This document shows positions 33,253 through 43,496 of a stretch of DNA of 64,000 bases, one piece after another. Position 1 is the stretch's first letter. Each line of letters opens with the position of its first letter. Where the stretch lies: positions 27,132 to 91,131 of the forward strand of contig KB911862.1 in the NCBI GenBank assembly GCA_000383715.1, in the 5' to 3' direction. This stretch comes from Verrucomicrobia bacterium SCGC AAA164-E04. Its GTDB lineage: Bacteria; Verrucomicrobiota; Verrucomicrobiia; Limisphaerales; AAA164-E04. Below the pieces are notes generated by a model. The model had not been told where the DNA came from and did no database searches. It saw only the letters and a list, made by a program, of their open reading frames with translations. A program made the translations under genes and the position numbers.

Positions 33253-34752
33253 TCATTGAAAGGCATAAAGCCACTTTGTCGTGCGGAAGAAAATGAGATT
33301 ATCCTGTATGGCAGGTGTTGCGTAGATTTCTCCATCCAGCTGGATGGTGGATACCTTTTCAAAACTGTCATCTGTTTTCATCACTGTCACCACGCCGCGT
33401 CGCGAGGCAAAGTAGATGTGATTATTGGCTGCGACCGGTGAGGCTGCATACATGCCGCTTGCGTTGAGTCGATCTTTCTCGATGAGTTTGCCGGTGTTTG
33501 CATCCCGGACCACAAAAAAACCACCGTTCAGAACGGCGTAAACCCTTTCGCCGTAGGGAAGGATGGTGGGGATTTCGGGTAGGTAGCGCCTCTCTGACCA
33601 GAGTAATTCAGGAGTTGGCGTCTGTCCCTTCTTTCTTACAATCTGCACGCGTCCCTGCGCTGCCTGCATCTTCCGTGTCATGGAATCGATTTTCGAAACA
33701 AATTCCTCAAAAGGTATCTTCCCGTCATTGTTTAAATCAAATTCTGATTTGAACCGAGTTGGCGGGCGCATGACATAGCCGAATCCAGGTGATGAAAGGG
33801 GTAGGTCGGGGCGCTGGGGCATGCGTATGCCTTGGGTGATTTCTTTTTCTTCGATCACGCCATTCTCGTTTTTGTCAAAACTCAGGATGTATTCCCATGC
33901 TTTTTCGTGATTGTAGTCGACCTCAAAGCCCAACATGATTTTGGCATTAATGAAAAGTTCTTCATCCCTCACGACAGGAAGATTGATGGACGATTTGCCC
34001 ATGCCATCCAATGACCAGACTTCTTTTCCCGTCTCGGCTGAATAACCACTGAGGCGACCTGCACCCAGGGTCACGATTTCGTCTCCGTCAGGAGTTTCAA
34101 GAACGGAGGGGGTACAGTATGAAATATTGGAAAAAGGCCTTCGTGTTTTCCAGATGACTTTGCCCGTTTTTCCATCAAAGGCATACAGCATGGAGTTTGC
34201 TTTTTTCAGGCTGTCTCGAAGCAGGAAAACGGTTCCGTCATGGACCATGGGAGACCCACCCGTTCCATACAGAAATGGAGTGCGCTTGAAATCATGATGC
34301 CAGATTTCGTTTCCAGAATGATCGTAGCTCGTGAGGCCAATGCTGAGACCGTAGGCGTAGACTCGTTGATCATCGGCACAAAGCGTCATGGCGGCTGGAT
34401 TGGTGTCTTCGTGCAGATCTTCAAATCCCGGTCCCTTCTTGGGGCCTTCATAGGATCGTTTTCGACTCCACTCTATGGTTCCATCCTTTTTGGAAATGGC
34501 ATGGATGAACAAGGTCTCGTTTTCGAAGGACGTCAGGAAAATGCGTTCTCCCCAAATGATCGGAGAAGAGTGCCCCAATCCGACGGGCACTTTCCATTTC
34601 AAACCCGTGTCATCGTTCAAATGCACCGGGGGTTTTCCTCCTTCGATCATGCCAGTTCCGTTGGGTCCTCGAAATCGACTCCAGTAGTTATCTGCATGCA
34701 GCGTGCTGGCCAGCAGAAGCATGGCCGAGATTTGGGTGCAATTTCTTATCAT
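33253..34752 (-). CDS. Secreted PQQ-like (BamB-type) beta-propeller repeat protein with an inserted EF-hand pair
   Basis: 499 aa with a signal peptide. Repeated G..(I/V)W propeller blades (GTIEWS, GNEIWHH, GKVIWKT, GKEVWSL). Two canonical EF loops, DKNENGVIEEKE and DLNNDGKIPFEE. Confidence 0.8.
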   Translation of the reverse strand: MIRNCTQISAMLLLASTLHADNYWSRFRGPNGTGMIEGGKPPVHLNDDTGLKWKVPVGLGHSSPIIWGERIFLTSFENETLFIHAISKKDGTIEWSRKRSYEGPKKGPGFEDLHEDTNPAAMTLCADDQRVYAYGLSIGLTSYDHSGNEIWHHDFKRTPFLYGTGGSPMVHDGTVFLLRDSLKKANSMLYAFDGKTGKVIWKTRRPFSNISYCTPSVLETPDGDEIVTLGAGRLSGYSAETGKEVWSLDGMGKSSINLPVVRDEELFINAKIMLGFEVDYNHEKAWEYILSFDKNENGVIEEKEITQGIRMPQRPDLPLSSPGFGYVMRPPTRFKSEFDLNNDGKIPFEEFVSKIDSMTRKMQAAQGRVQIVRKKGQTPTPELLWSERRYLPEIPTILPYGERVYAVLNGGFFVVRDANTGKLIEKDRLNASGMYAASPVAANNHIYFASRRGVVTVMKTDDSFEKVSTIQLDGEIYATPAIQDNLIFFRTTKWLYAFQ

Positions 34753-34925
34753 GATATAACTTTAGATTACGAAGAATTTAATTTGCTTCAAGTTCTTTTG
34801 TTGTTGCTGATCAATTTGATACGAAATAGATATTTTTTCAAACGCTATCAGTAGGCCGCGATGTTAAACCATGTTTTCAGAGCTTTCTGAAGAGAAGAGC
34901 AGCGCTGACGATATTAATGCGATCT

Positions 34926-36335
34926 CTAATGAATGATCTCTTCAATAGGGCCGTTGCCTTCCTCGACCAACAATGAAACGGGGCCCAGCTCAGGGAGAAA
35001 CATCTTCGTGTGATCGACACCTAGTTGCCGGAGGATAGTGGCATGCAGATCACTGTAATAATGGGGGCTTTCCACCGCTTTGTAGCCTACTTCATCAGTG
35101 GCACCATGCACGAAGCCGCCCTTGACTCCACCACCTGCCAACCATGAGGTAAAGCCCTTTGGATTATGATCGCGGCCCGTGGTGTTTTGTGACCATGGCG
35201 TGCGTCCGAACTCACTGGTCCAGACAACAAGTGTCTCGTCCAGCATCCCGCGTTGTTTGAGATCTTTGATCAGACCAGCGATCGGTTTGTCGGTGGCTCG
35301 GCAATGCGGCTCGTGATATTTCATGTCGCCATGGGAATCCCAACCGCCGTTGCCACCACCCGCGTGGCAGATTTGAATATAGCGAACGCCTCGCTCGGCG
35401 AGACGACGAGCAAGCAGGAGTTGTTTGCCAAATTCCTCGGTGTGCTCCTCATCGATGCCATAAAGCGATTTGACATGCGATGGTTCTCGAGTGAAATCAA
35501 CAGCCTCGGGGGCAGACATCTGCATGCTGGCAGCGAGTTCATAGGCTCTGGTTCGAGCTTGGATGTTGGAGTTGATCGCATAGCGTTTGCGAAATGCTTC
35601 GTTCATCTTTTGCAATAACTGCATCTGACGATCGCGTTCCGCGCCCAATCCTTCTTTGATTGGGTGAAGGTTGGGGATGGGTGTTTCTCCAGCTTGAAAC
35701 GGTGTCGCAGAAACCGATGCGCCGAGATAGCCGCCTGTGAGTTGCACGGGTGAGGTGGGTCGACCAATATTGACGAAGCTCGGAAGATTCTTGTTTGAAC
35801 TTCCGAGTGCATGAGAAACCCAGCCTCCAAATGAAGGGTGATCGAAAGCCCTGCCTCGATGTCCAGTGGTCGTTTCGATTACCGCAGGTGCATGATTGCC
35901 CTCGTGACACCACATGGATCGTACGACTGCAATGTCGTCGATGATGCTTCCAACATGAGGAAACCAATCCGAAACGGGAGTGCCCGATTGTCCGTAGCGT
36001 GTGAAAGTTCGATGGCAGGGAATGACAGGGCGCTGCATCTCTGCGAGGTTGTCGCCGAAGCCGACCGCATCGATGAATTTCCCTGCGTGCTCGTTACCTT
36101 TCGGATCAAAGGTATCGATATGACTGACGCCCCCGCACATGAACAGGAAAATGACCGACTTGGCCTTGGGTTTTGAATCGGGAATCAAAAGGGCGTTCTT
36201 GATTTCCCCACCTTCGGCCCACATGCCGCCGAGTGCGACGCCGAGAAAACCGCCACCGGCTTGATGCAGGAATTGACGCCTCGGGTTTCGGTTTCCTAAA
36301 GTTGGATGGGTATCAACGGACATAGATGAATTCAT
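34926..36335 (-). CDS. DUF1501 family protein (sulfatase-like fold) with a twin-arginine signal
   Basis: 469 aa. TAT motif NPRRQFLHQAGGGFLGVALGG. CGGVSHIDTFDPK and GGWDSHG blocks are typical of DUF1501. It overlaps the upstream partner gene. Confidence 0.9.
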   Translation of the reverse strand: MNSSMSVDTHPTLGNRNPRRQFLHQAGGGFLGVALGGMWAEGGEIKNALLIPDSKPKAKSVIFLFMCGGVSHIDTFDPKGNEHAGKFIDAVGFGDNLAEMQRPVIPCHRTFTRYGQSGTPVSDWFPHVGSIIDDIAVVRSMWCHEGNHAPAVIETTTGHRGRAFDHPSFGGWVSHALGSSNKNLPSFVNIGRPTSPVQLTGGYLGASVSATPFQAGETPIPNLHPIKEGLGAERDRQMQLLQKMNEAFRKRYAINSNIQARTRAYELAASMQMSAPEAVDFTREPSHVKSLYGIDEEHTEEFGKQLLLARRLAERGVRYIQICHAGGGNGGWDSHGDMKYHEPHCRATDKPIAGLIKDLKQRGMLDETLVVWTSEFGRTPWSQNTTGRDHNPKGFTSWLAGGGVKGGFVHGATDEVGYKAVESPHYYSDLHATILRQLGVDHTKMFLPELGPVSLLVEEGNGPIEEIIH

Positions 36336-38523
36336 CGAGATTGAAGATCAGCCAGGCAAGATGATTGAGGCGCTCAGCGTCACCTTCGAGGTAATCAAAG
36401 GCCAGATTTTGTTCCGTGGTGCTGGGTGGTCGTGCGACCGTGAGGCGATAAGTGAGCTCAATCGCCTGCTTCAAGTCATTTGCTGTTTCTTTGCGGACGC
36501 GTGATGCAAGTCTTGCGGAAGCAGATTCTACCTCGGGGCTGTTCATCAGGAACAGGGACTGAGGTGCCGTGACGGTTTGCGTTCTGATCGGGCAGGGGAC
36601 GCGTCCGTCATCCACATCGAAGGTCTGCAAGAATTGCGGTGTCACATCGCGATTGGTAGCAAAGCCGCGTGTGATGTAGACACCTCTTCTTTGTGATGAA
36701 TCGTCACCATCGGGGGTGAACGAGCGACCGCCAATTTTTAGATCCAGCCTGCCAGCTGCCAAGTGAATGGTGTCCCAGATTGGTTCTGCTCCCAGTCGCT
36801 GCAGTCGGAAATGCCAAAGAAAGATGTTGTTCGGATCGATTTTCTGTGAAGCGGCGAATGCGGGGGGGATATCCGATTTCATTCGATAAGCGTCCGAAGT
36901 GACCATGAGACGATGCATGTATTTCATGCTGTAACCACTCTTCACGAACTCCAATGCCAGCCAGTCAAGCAGAGCCGGGTGTGATGGCAGCCCTGCCTGT
37001 TTGCCGAAATCGCTTGACTGCTTGTGTAATCCCCATCCGAAATGCCACTGCCACATTCGGTTTACCGCGACGCGTGCAAAAAGGGGGTTCTCCGGCGCCG
37101 TCAGCCAGTCTGCAAACGCCTCGATACGGCCTTCACGAAAATCGACCTCTCCATCAAAAAAAGGCCAACCCGCTTTTACCTCATTCTTCAGCTCGGGTCG
37201 GGACGGATCTGCACTGGTCAGGATGTAGCTTTTCTCCTGCTCTCGAACAGGATCTATTTCCACCGTGTAAAAGACTGGGATTTGAGGCGCACTGCGCAGG
37301 CTTTCATTCACCTCATCCAGCTCTTTCTCCAGTTTTCGAGATTGTTTTTGGATGTCGTCGGGAAGGATCGCATTGATCTTGCCACCATCGATTCGAAGAA
37401 TGGGAAAGTAGTCGTCAGCGATCTTCTGCTCTTCGACGCTGCGCTCTTTTTCGGACTTCAGAATCACGGCGCGCACATCGGGAGGGAGCATTGCAACGCG
37501 TTCGTTGTAGAGACGCTGCTTGTAGGGAGCGAGCAGATCAGTTCGTTTTTTCTCCAGCGGCGCGCGTGCCTTTTCAGTTTCCGCCCTGACTTTGCCGGCT
37601 TCCATCAACGTGGCTGCATCTGCGAGCGTCACCTTGCGCAGGACGAGGGGATCGAACAGCGCTTTCATGGAGTAATAATCAATTTCCGAAACAGGGTCAA
37701 ACATGTGGTCGTGACATTTGGCGCATGCAACTGTCATGCCCATGAACGCGGAAGAAATGGTGTCGACAGCGTTGATGGCGAGATTCTCAGCGTTTTCGCC
37801 TTTACCTCCACCTCGTGCAAGGAATCCCAGAGCAAACATGTCGCCCGGGCGCGGTTCCCTCTCCGAGCGGTAGCCGGTAGCTGACATACGGGTACGTTCG
37901 TTGGCACGTCGCCCTGTCAATTGAATCTGTACGAAATCATCGTAAGGAAGGTCTTCGTTCAAGGCATTGATGATCCAGTCTCTCCAGAGATGAATTCCCG
38001 GAGCTGCTGTCATTCTTGAATCGGTATCTGCGTAGCGCAGTACATCCAGCCAATGACGTGCGTATCTTACTGCGTGCTGTTCGCTGTCGAGCAGTTGATC
38101 CACAATTTGTTCAAAAGCATCTACCGATGTGTTTCCAAGGAATGCCTGCTGCTCGGCTGGGGATGGAGGTAGTCCGGTAAGGTCCAGATAAACACGACGC
38201 AGCAGCGTGAGTTTGTCAGCTGGGCCGACCGTCTCAAGTCCTTGGGCATGGCGCTCTTTGGATAGAAATCGGTCAATGGGATGATACAGCTCTTCATCAC
38301 CCTCAGGAACTGCCTGAGCGGCGATGGGGCGCAAGGACCACCAATTCGTCATGAGGTTGCTTTTCTGGGCGCCCAATAGATCGCAACCGGCAAGATACAT
38401 CCATGTCGCAATGAAGATGCCGCAGCCGACGCGACGACTTATCGAGGCAGTATTTTTATCAGCAATGGTTGGCACTGGAGAAAAGATCATTTTTTTTACT
38501 TGAAAAGGCAAGCCTTTCGGCAT
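36313..38523 (-). CDS. DUF1549/DUF1553 domain protein (PSD1-type), usual partner of DUF1501
   Basis: 736 aa. RRVYLDLTGLPPSPAEQQAF, CAKCHDHMFDPVSEIDYY and a C-terminal FNLDEFIYVR are characteristic blocks. Confidence 0.9.
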   Translation of the reverse strand: MPKGLPFQVKKMIFSPVPTIADKNTASISRRVGCGIFIATWMYLAGCDLLGAQKSNLMTNWWSLRPIAAQAVPEGDEELYHPIDRFLSKERHAQGLETVGPADKLTLLRRVYLDLTGLPPSPAEQQAFLGNTSVDAFEQIVDQLLDSEQHAVRYARHWLDVLRYADTDSRMTAAPGIHLWRDWIINALNEDLPYDDFVQIQLTGRRANERTRMSATGYRSEREPRPGDMFALGFLARGGGKGENAENLAINAVDTISSAFMGMTVACAKCHDHMFDPVSEIDYYSMKALFDPLVLRKVTLADAATLMEAGKVRAETEKARAPLEKKRTDLLAPYKQRLYNERVAMLPPDVRAVILKSEKERSVEEQKIADDYFPILRIDGGKINAILPDDIQKQSRKLEKELDEVNESLRSAPQIPVFYTVEIDPVREQEKSYILTSADPSRPELKNEVKAGWPFFDGEVDFREGRIEAFADWLTAPENPLFARVAVNRMWQWHFGWGLHKQSSDFGKQAGLPSHPALLDWLALEFVKSGYSMKYMHRLMVTSDAYRMKSDIPPAFAASQKIDPNNIFLWHFRLQRLGAEPIWDTIHLAAGRLDLKIGGRSFTPDGDDSSQRRGVYITRGFATNRDVTPQFLQTFDVDDGRVPCPIRTQTVTAPQSLFLMNSPEVESASARLASRVRKETANDLKQAIELTYRLTVARPPSTTEQNLAFDYLEGDAERLNHLAWLIFNLDEFIYVR

Positions 38524-38768
38524 TCAAGCTATCTGCACAATCTAACTCAATCGCCCGAACAATTTTGCAGCCCAAGGGGCCTTAATCAGTGATAATGTAC
38601 AACGACTCAGGCATACTCCTCATTCTCACTCACCCCTTCCTTATCCAGCACAGCGCTCTCACATATTGATTCAGGCTGACAACCCCCTGTTTTGCGTGAT
38701 TGCACAACAGTCATCAAGAAGTCCACAAAGATTGCAGCCAAAGGTGAATTATTGTAAGTATTGATGCC

Positions 38769-39875
38769 ATGCAGAGGTTTTCTTCAATCGCATGCTACAT
38801 GGTTCAGGCAACGTTTTTGATGACTATGGTCGTTCACTTGACCGCTTGCCGTACCTTTGGTCCGGAAGCCATTCAGTCTTCACAATTGGATTACAATAAA
38901 TCTCTTTCCAATGGAGTGCAGCAGGAGTTGCTCCTGAATATTGTTCGACTGAGGTACAGGGAGTCACCGTTTTTTCTGAATCCCGGGAATTTGACCACGA
39001 GTTTCAAAACAAGTGCCAGCTTCGGATTGAATGGGGACCTGAATCTGGGGGGAGGCAGCGATTCACTTTCCCCTTCAACTGGCTTTGGATACTCGCATGC
39101 GCCCACAGTGGTTTACACCCCGGTTCAGGGGAAGGACTTTGTCAGAGATTTAATGACGCCCCTTGATCCCTCCGAACTCTTCTTTCTTGATCAGTCTGGA
39201 TGGGATTTGAAGAGGGTTTTCGGCTTGGCGATCGAACGAATCAATCATCTGAATAACGCTCCCTCTGCCTCAGGGCCAACACCTGAGCAAGCCCCACCAG
39301 GATTGGAGGATTTTAAAACGTTGATCCATCTTCTCAGTGAGCTTCAGCAGGAAGGCTCTTTTGGTTACTCGCAAAGTTCCGAGGAAGGCAGTGTGAATTT
39401 TTTCCTGAATCCCGATAATGAAAATGATCCGAAAGTGAATGCAGTGAAGCGATTGCTTGAATTGAGTCCCGCATCGACGGAACTAAGACTGCATCATGAG
39501 GAGCAGATGCAGGATCAGGAGAGAATTTCCATCGGGACACGATCCTTGCTTGGTATCCTTTTCTATCTTTCGCACAACGTGCAAGCACCTGAGTCGCATC
39601 GCAGTCAAGGGTGGGTCACGGTCACACACAAAGATGGGGATCCGTTCGATTGGAGTAACACGCCTGCGGGGCAGTATTTCAAGGTGCTCTACAGCGAAAA
39701 ACCTCCTGTGAATGGCTTTCTGAGCGTTCCTTACAAAAAGGGTCATTACTACATCGCAGATGAAGATCTGAATACAAAATCAACCTTCCTCCTCCTGCTC
39801 CATCTCCAATCACTTCAAGCTGGAAAGAACCACGAGGACAATAGTCCCACGTTGACGATTCCGATTGGAGGATAA
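38769..39875 (+). CDS. Hypothetical lipoprotein
   Basis: 368 aa. Signal plus lipobox (VVHLTAC). I recognise no family motif. Confidence 0.6.
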   Translation: MQRFSSIACYMVQATFLMTMVVHLTACRTFGPEAIQSSQLDYNKSLSNGVQQELLLNIVRLRYRESPFFLNPGNLTTSFKTSASFGLNGDLNLGGGSDSLSPSTGFGYSHAPTVVYTPVQGKDFVRDLMTPLDPSELFFLDQSGWDLKRVFGLAIERINHLNNAPSASGPTPEQAPPGLEDFKTLIHLLSELQQEGSFGYSQSSEEGSVNFFLNPDNENDPKVNAVKRLLELSPASTELRLHHEEQMQDQERISIGTRSLLGILFYLSHNVQAPESHRSQGWVTVTHKDGDPFDWSNTPAGQYFKVLYSEKPPVNGFLSVPYKKGHYYIADEDLNTKSTFLLLLHLQSLQAGKNHEDNSPTLTIPIGG

Positions 39876-39955
39876 AATAGTCAAATATCTCACAAGTGCC
39901 CTGCGCATGTTACTACCCATCGGGGTGTCCATGAGCAGGTGCCAACCTGCCGTGT

Positions 39956-42163
39956 TCAATCCTGCCAGAGAAAGCGCATTTCCTCCCGGTGATCTCGGTG
40001 TTCGCGCCATGATGGGGAAGGGCTTTCCTGCAATTGCTTTTGGATGACGTAGCGGCGCAGCGTGATGAAGCGGATCATCTCATGCACGCCACGCTCGAAC
40101 TCGAGGATGTCGGGTCTTCCCAAACCCTCCTGAGATGCGACATGGGGGTGAATCCGCACATACATTTCACCAATGCGAGCAAGGATCCTTTCCTCGTTCC
40201 AAACCTCATCCAACAACCTTTGCGCTGTTTGCCGGTATATTCGCTTGCCCGCGTTCGTCATCAGAAGGGCTCGACCGAGAATACCTCCTTGTGGACGAAA
40301 AATATGCTGATCCAGTTCTTCAAACAATTGATCTGCCCCATGGGGGAAAAAGAAAAACTTATCTGACAAGGGATGATGGTAGATACGGTAATTGTTGACT
40401 TGTGTGTAGCCGTCCCAATGGTTCACGAATTGTTCGAGGCACAGGAAGGTGGTAAAGGATGATAACTCCACATGGTCATCTAAATTGCTCCATGGATTGT
40501 CCTCACCGGCCTCCTCAATCGCTTGAGCGAGGCGTTTGAGGTCTGAGCGGTCTTCTTTATTCTGGTTGGAATCGAGATCCAGATGTTCCCATTCAATGAC
40601 ATCCCCGGGCCCTTCGTATAGGTTGCCGCTTGCGTCCTCGAACCACCGTTTCAGGAAATCCTTGGTGACGGCTTCGACCTGAACATACAAGCCGTAAGGG
40701 CTTCCATTGACGGAAAGGGTGGCGTGTGTGATGCGTGGGGCTGGAATCTGGGCATCTCGAAACAGTGAATACCCAACAGATTCACGCATGTAGGAGGGAT
40801 CCTGAGCGGCATTGTTTAGAACGATGCGGCGCAGGCCATGAAATCGCTGGCCAGATTTGAACTGATTGAATTTCACTGTGAACGCGACCTTGGAACGTCC
40901 ATCCATCATCCGGAAGCTTCCCCATCCACCCTTCAAACGCACGCCGACATCCTCATAGACCTGCCCCTGATCCCGAAACGTCCCTCGTGCATATTCCTTG
41001 GGACTTTTTTGTAGCGCTTCAATAGCATCATCGGATAGTTCAAGCTGATAATGGCGGACAGAGGAGTCTTTCCAGAATTCGGAATTTGTATCTTCTCTGG
41101 GTCGTGCTGGTGCTGGGGCCTTTGCCAGTGAACTACTCAACTTCAATTGCGATAAGATCCCTTCTGCTGCCTGGCTCGCCAGAGATTCAGGAGCAAATGT
41201 GGTAACTGTCTCCGCGAGGAGCATTGCTGCATGAGGGTGGGGGGTAGCAAGAGATAAAACCCTCTGGACAGCGTGCGATGCGACTTCATCCAAAGAAGGT
41301 TTGTCCTCCCTGTGATCTTCTTCTTTTTGTTCGCGCCTGCTTTCCACCCAGCGATAGAAGGGACTATGATCCATGTGCCTCTCATGCTCATCTTCGGCGA
41401 AGCTTTGGTGATGCAACAGGAATTCTGCTATTTCCATGGCTTCATGATCCACTTGCTCCAGCAGTGGGAGGCGTCGTCGCAATACAAGACGTGCATGCGC
41501 CTTGCGGAATGACGTCAACAAAGTTGATTGAAGATTATTTTTTTCTGCATCCAGACCATCGAGTGATATGTTGAGATGCTCCAGAATGGAAGCCACTTTG
41601 CCTTCTACACTCTCCGAGTCGTCGTTTTCTGTTTTCTCGCTCAGAACACGCACAGCATCCTGCAGACGATTCAGGGCAATGAGATTGCTCAAGTGCAAGA
41701 TCAGGGATTCAGCATTGCTTGAATCTTGTTTTATGGACTGTATTTGGGATTGAATTTCCCGACGCGAAGCGCCGCGTATGAAGTCGATGGTCAAGTCCCA
41801 TCTCTCCATCCATTCGAGCGCTTCCTCCCTTGCATCTCCTGCGGCTTCCTCGGACGCAATCGCTGCCATGATTCTGGCAGCCTCAGACCCTGCTCCTGAC
41901 TCAGCCAGCAGCCTTGCGCCTTCCAGGGCGTGAAACCAGTCCTCATGTCTCGATCCAACTCCCGATACATCGGCTAATTCTCCTCCTGAGTTGGAAATAG
42001 AAGCCTCATTCGTGGCGTTTTTTTCTTCGCCTGATATTTGCTGGATGGTTGATGATAATCCAAAAAAGATACTTAAAATGAACAGGCAAAACGAGAGCTT
42101 CCGATTGCAACTCCAGCCAGGGTTCATGTGATGTGAATCATCATGGGTGAATGACATAAGCAT
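39956..42163 (-). CDS. CotH-family protein with a long acidic/helical N-terminal extension
   Basis: 735 aa. The C-terminal ~370 aa carry CotH blocks (VRLKGGWGSFR, PYGLYVQVEAVTKDFLKRWF, NNYRIYHHP..DKFFFFPHGADQLF). The N-terminal ~350 aa are Glu/Ala/Leu-rich. Confidence 0.8.
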   Translation of the reverse strand: MLMSFTHDDSHHMNPGWSCNRKLSFCLFILSIFFGLSSTIQQISGEEKNATNEASISNSGGELADVSGVGSRHEDWFHALEGARLLAESGAGSEAARIMAAIASEEAAGDAREEALEWMERWDLTIDFIRGASRREIQSQIQSIKQDSSNAESLILHLSNLIALNRLQDAVRVLSEKTENDDSESVEGKVASILEHLNISLDGLDAEKNNLQSTLLTSFRKAHARLVLRRRLPLLEQVDHEAMEIAEFLLHHQSFAEDEHERHMDHSPFYRWVESRREQKEEDHREDKPSLDEVASHAVQRVLSLATPHPHAAMLLAETVTTFAPESLASQAAEGILSQLKLSSSLAKAPAPARPREDTNSEFWKDSSVRHYQLELSDDAIEALQKSPKEYARGTFRDQGQVYEDVGVRLKGGWGSFRMMDGRSKVAFTVKFNQFKSGQRFHGLRRIVLNNAAQDPSYMRESVGYSLFRDAQIPAPRITHATLSVNGSPYGLYVQVEAVTKDFLKRWFEDASGNLYEGPGDVIEWEHLDLDSNQNKEDRSDLKRLAQAIEEAGEDNPWSNLDDHVELSSFTTFLCLEQFVNHWDGYTQVNNYRIYHHPLSDKFFFFPHGADQLFEELDQHIFRPQGGILGRALLMTNAGKRIYRQTAQRLLDEVWNEERILARIGEMYVRIHPHVASQEGLGRPDILEFERGVHEMIRFITLRRYVIQKQLQESPSPSWREHRDHREEMRFLWQD

Positions 42164-42332
42164 GGAAACAATCTGTTGAAGGGATGTTCAGCGCACAAGT
42201 GTCTTTTAAATCAGATAATGAGTGTTTCATTCATGAAGTTTCAGGCGTTTTCGTTGAGTGTCTGAGCTCGCTGTTTTACAATCCTCTTTTCTGATGCACG
42301 CCATTTTTTCAGTTCAACAGGATAGTTTTTTC

Positions 42333-43283
42333 TCATTGGGCCAGGTGGTGCATGAGGAAAGCAGTATCGTCTTCGAAGGGAACTTTTGCGTTGGGATATT
42401 TGAGAAAGACTGCCACTCCCTCCTCGCGCAGTTTTTCTTCCATTACAATACCGAAATTCACATGGTGAATGGACCAGCCCTGAGCACGTTTGGGATTGTT
42501 GGGAATTGAAGCTTCGGGATGCATACCATAGCTCATGAAAGTGGGTGGGTCATCCGAGCTTATGTGATGGATGATGGAAAGTTCATGGACAAGTGCTCTC
42601 TGTTCGATTTCAGAGAGATCTCCACGCTTGCTATCTCCGTGAAAATTTCTGTCGTAACCAGGTATATGCTCAACCCACCAATCCAGATCAAGGGTTGATT
42701 GTCCTCCTATGGGAGCAACTGCTGTCAGGCGCGAGGATTCTCTGGAGATTGGATCTTTGCTATCTGGATCGGCAAAATCATCTGCCCAGGCCAAGTAGGC
42801 AACAAGTTGAGCTCCAGCCGAACCTCCATAGGCTGCAATGCGGTTTTTATCGACATTCCATGCCTTTGCCCTGCTTCGGATAAACTGCAGGGCGCGAACG
42901 GCGTCCTCATGGGGTGCAGGGAACTGGGCATGTTTGAGGAAACGATATTCGATGGAAGCATGATGCATCCCTGCATCAAGGTATGCTTGAACTTTTTCTT
43001 GCGATATTTTGTCGTGCGAACCTCCGGTAAAGCCGCCGCCATGAATGAAGATGACTAAGGGAGCTGGTCCCTTGACATCGGCTTGCCAGAAGTCGATCAC
43101 TTGATTGGGGTGATCACCATAGGCAACGTTTTCGAAAGTAATCTTTTTTGGCGTGGACTGCGGGCTGGTTGTTTGTGCTGAAAGCAGCAAGGGCACCGTC
43201 AGGGTGAAGCATATCCATAGCATGCAGGTCAGTTTGCGGTCGCTTGAATGTTTGGTCGCTATCCATTGTTTTGATGTTTTCAT
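42333..43283 (-). CDS. Secreted alpha/beta hydrolase (carboxylesterase, HGGG type)
   Basis: 316 aa with a signal peptide. Oxyanion VIFIHGGGFTGG and nucleophile YGGSAGAQL. Confidence 0.85.
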   Translation of the reverse strand: MKTSKQWIATKHSSDRKLTCMLWICFTLTVPLLLSAQTTSPQSTPKKITFENVAYGDHPNQVIDFWQADVKGPAPLVIFIHGGGFTGGSHDKISQEKVQAYLDAGMHHASIEYRFLKHAQFPAPHEDAVRALQFIRSRAKAWNVDKNRIAAYGGSAGAQLVAYLAWADDFADPDSKDPISRESSRLTAVAPIGGQSTLDLDWWVEHIPGYDRNFHGDSKRGDLSEIEQRALVHELSIIHHISSDDPPTFMSYGMHPEASIPNNPKRAQGWSIHHVNFGIVMEEKLREEGVAVFLKYPNAKVPFEDDTAFLMHHLAQ

Positions 43284-43496
43284 GCTGGCTGTTTTTCTCC
43301 TTCAGACAGGAATCATTGATATGTTAGCCCAAGCGATGAGTGAAGTCATGCTATTCGTCAAAAAGAACCAGTGATGTTTTTTCTGCCTCATGGTGGTGAC
43401 TGGTGTGCTTGAGACGAGTTTTCAGATGTCGCTAAAAAAATGTAAGTATATAAAACATCTGAAACAACACTGCCCATGCTTGAGCTTATTCTCAAG

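Noticed and set aside
37042-37884. 280-aa plus-strand ORF, together with 36954-37376 and 37001-37228
   Set aside because: These are antisense shadow ORFs inside the DUF1549/DUF1553 gene. The composition is Arg/Ser-rich and low in complexity, with no family features.
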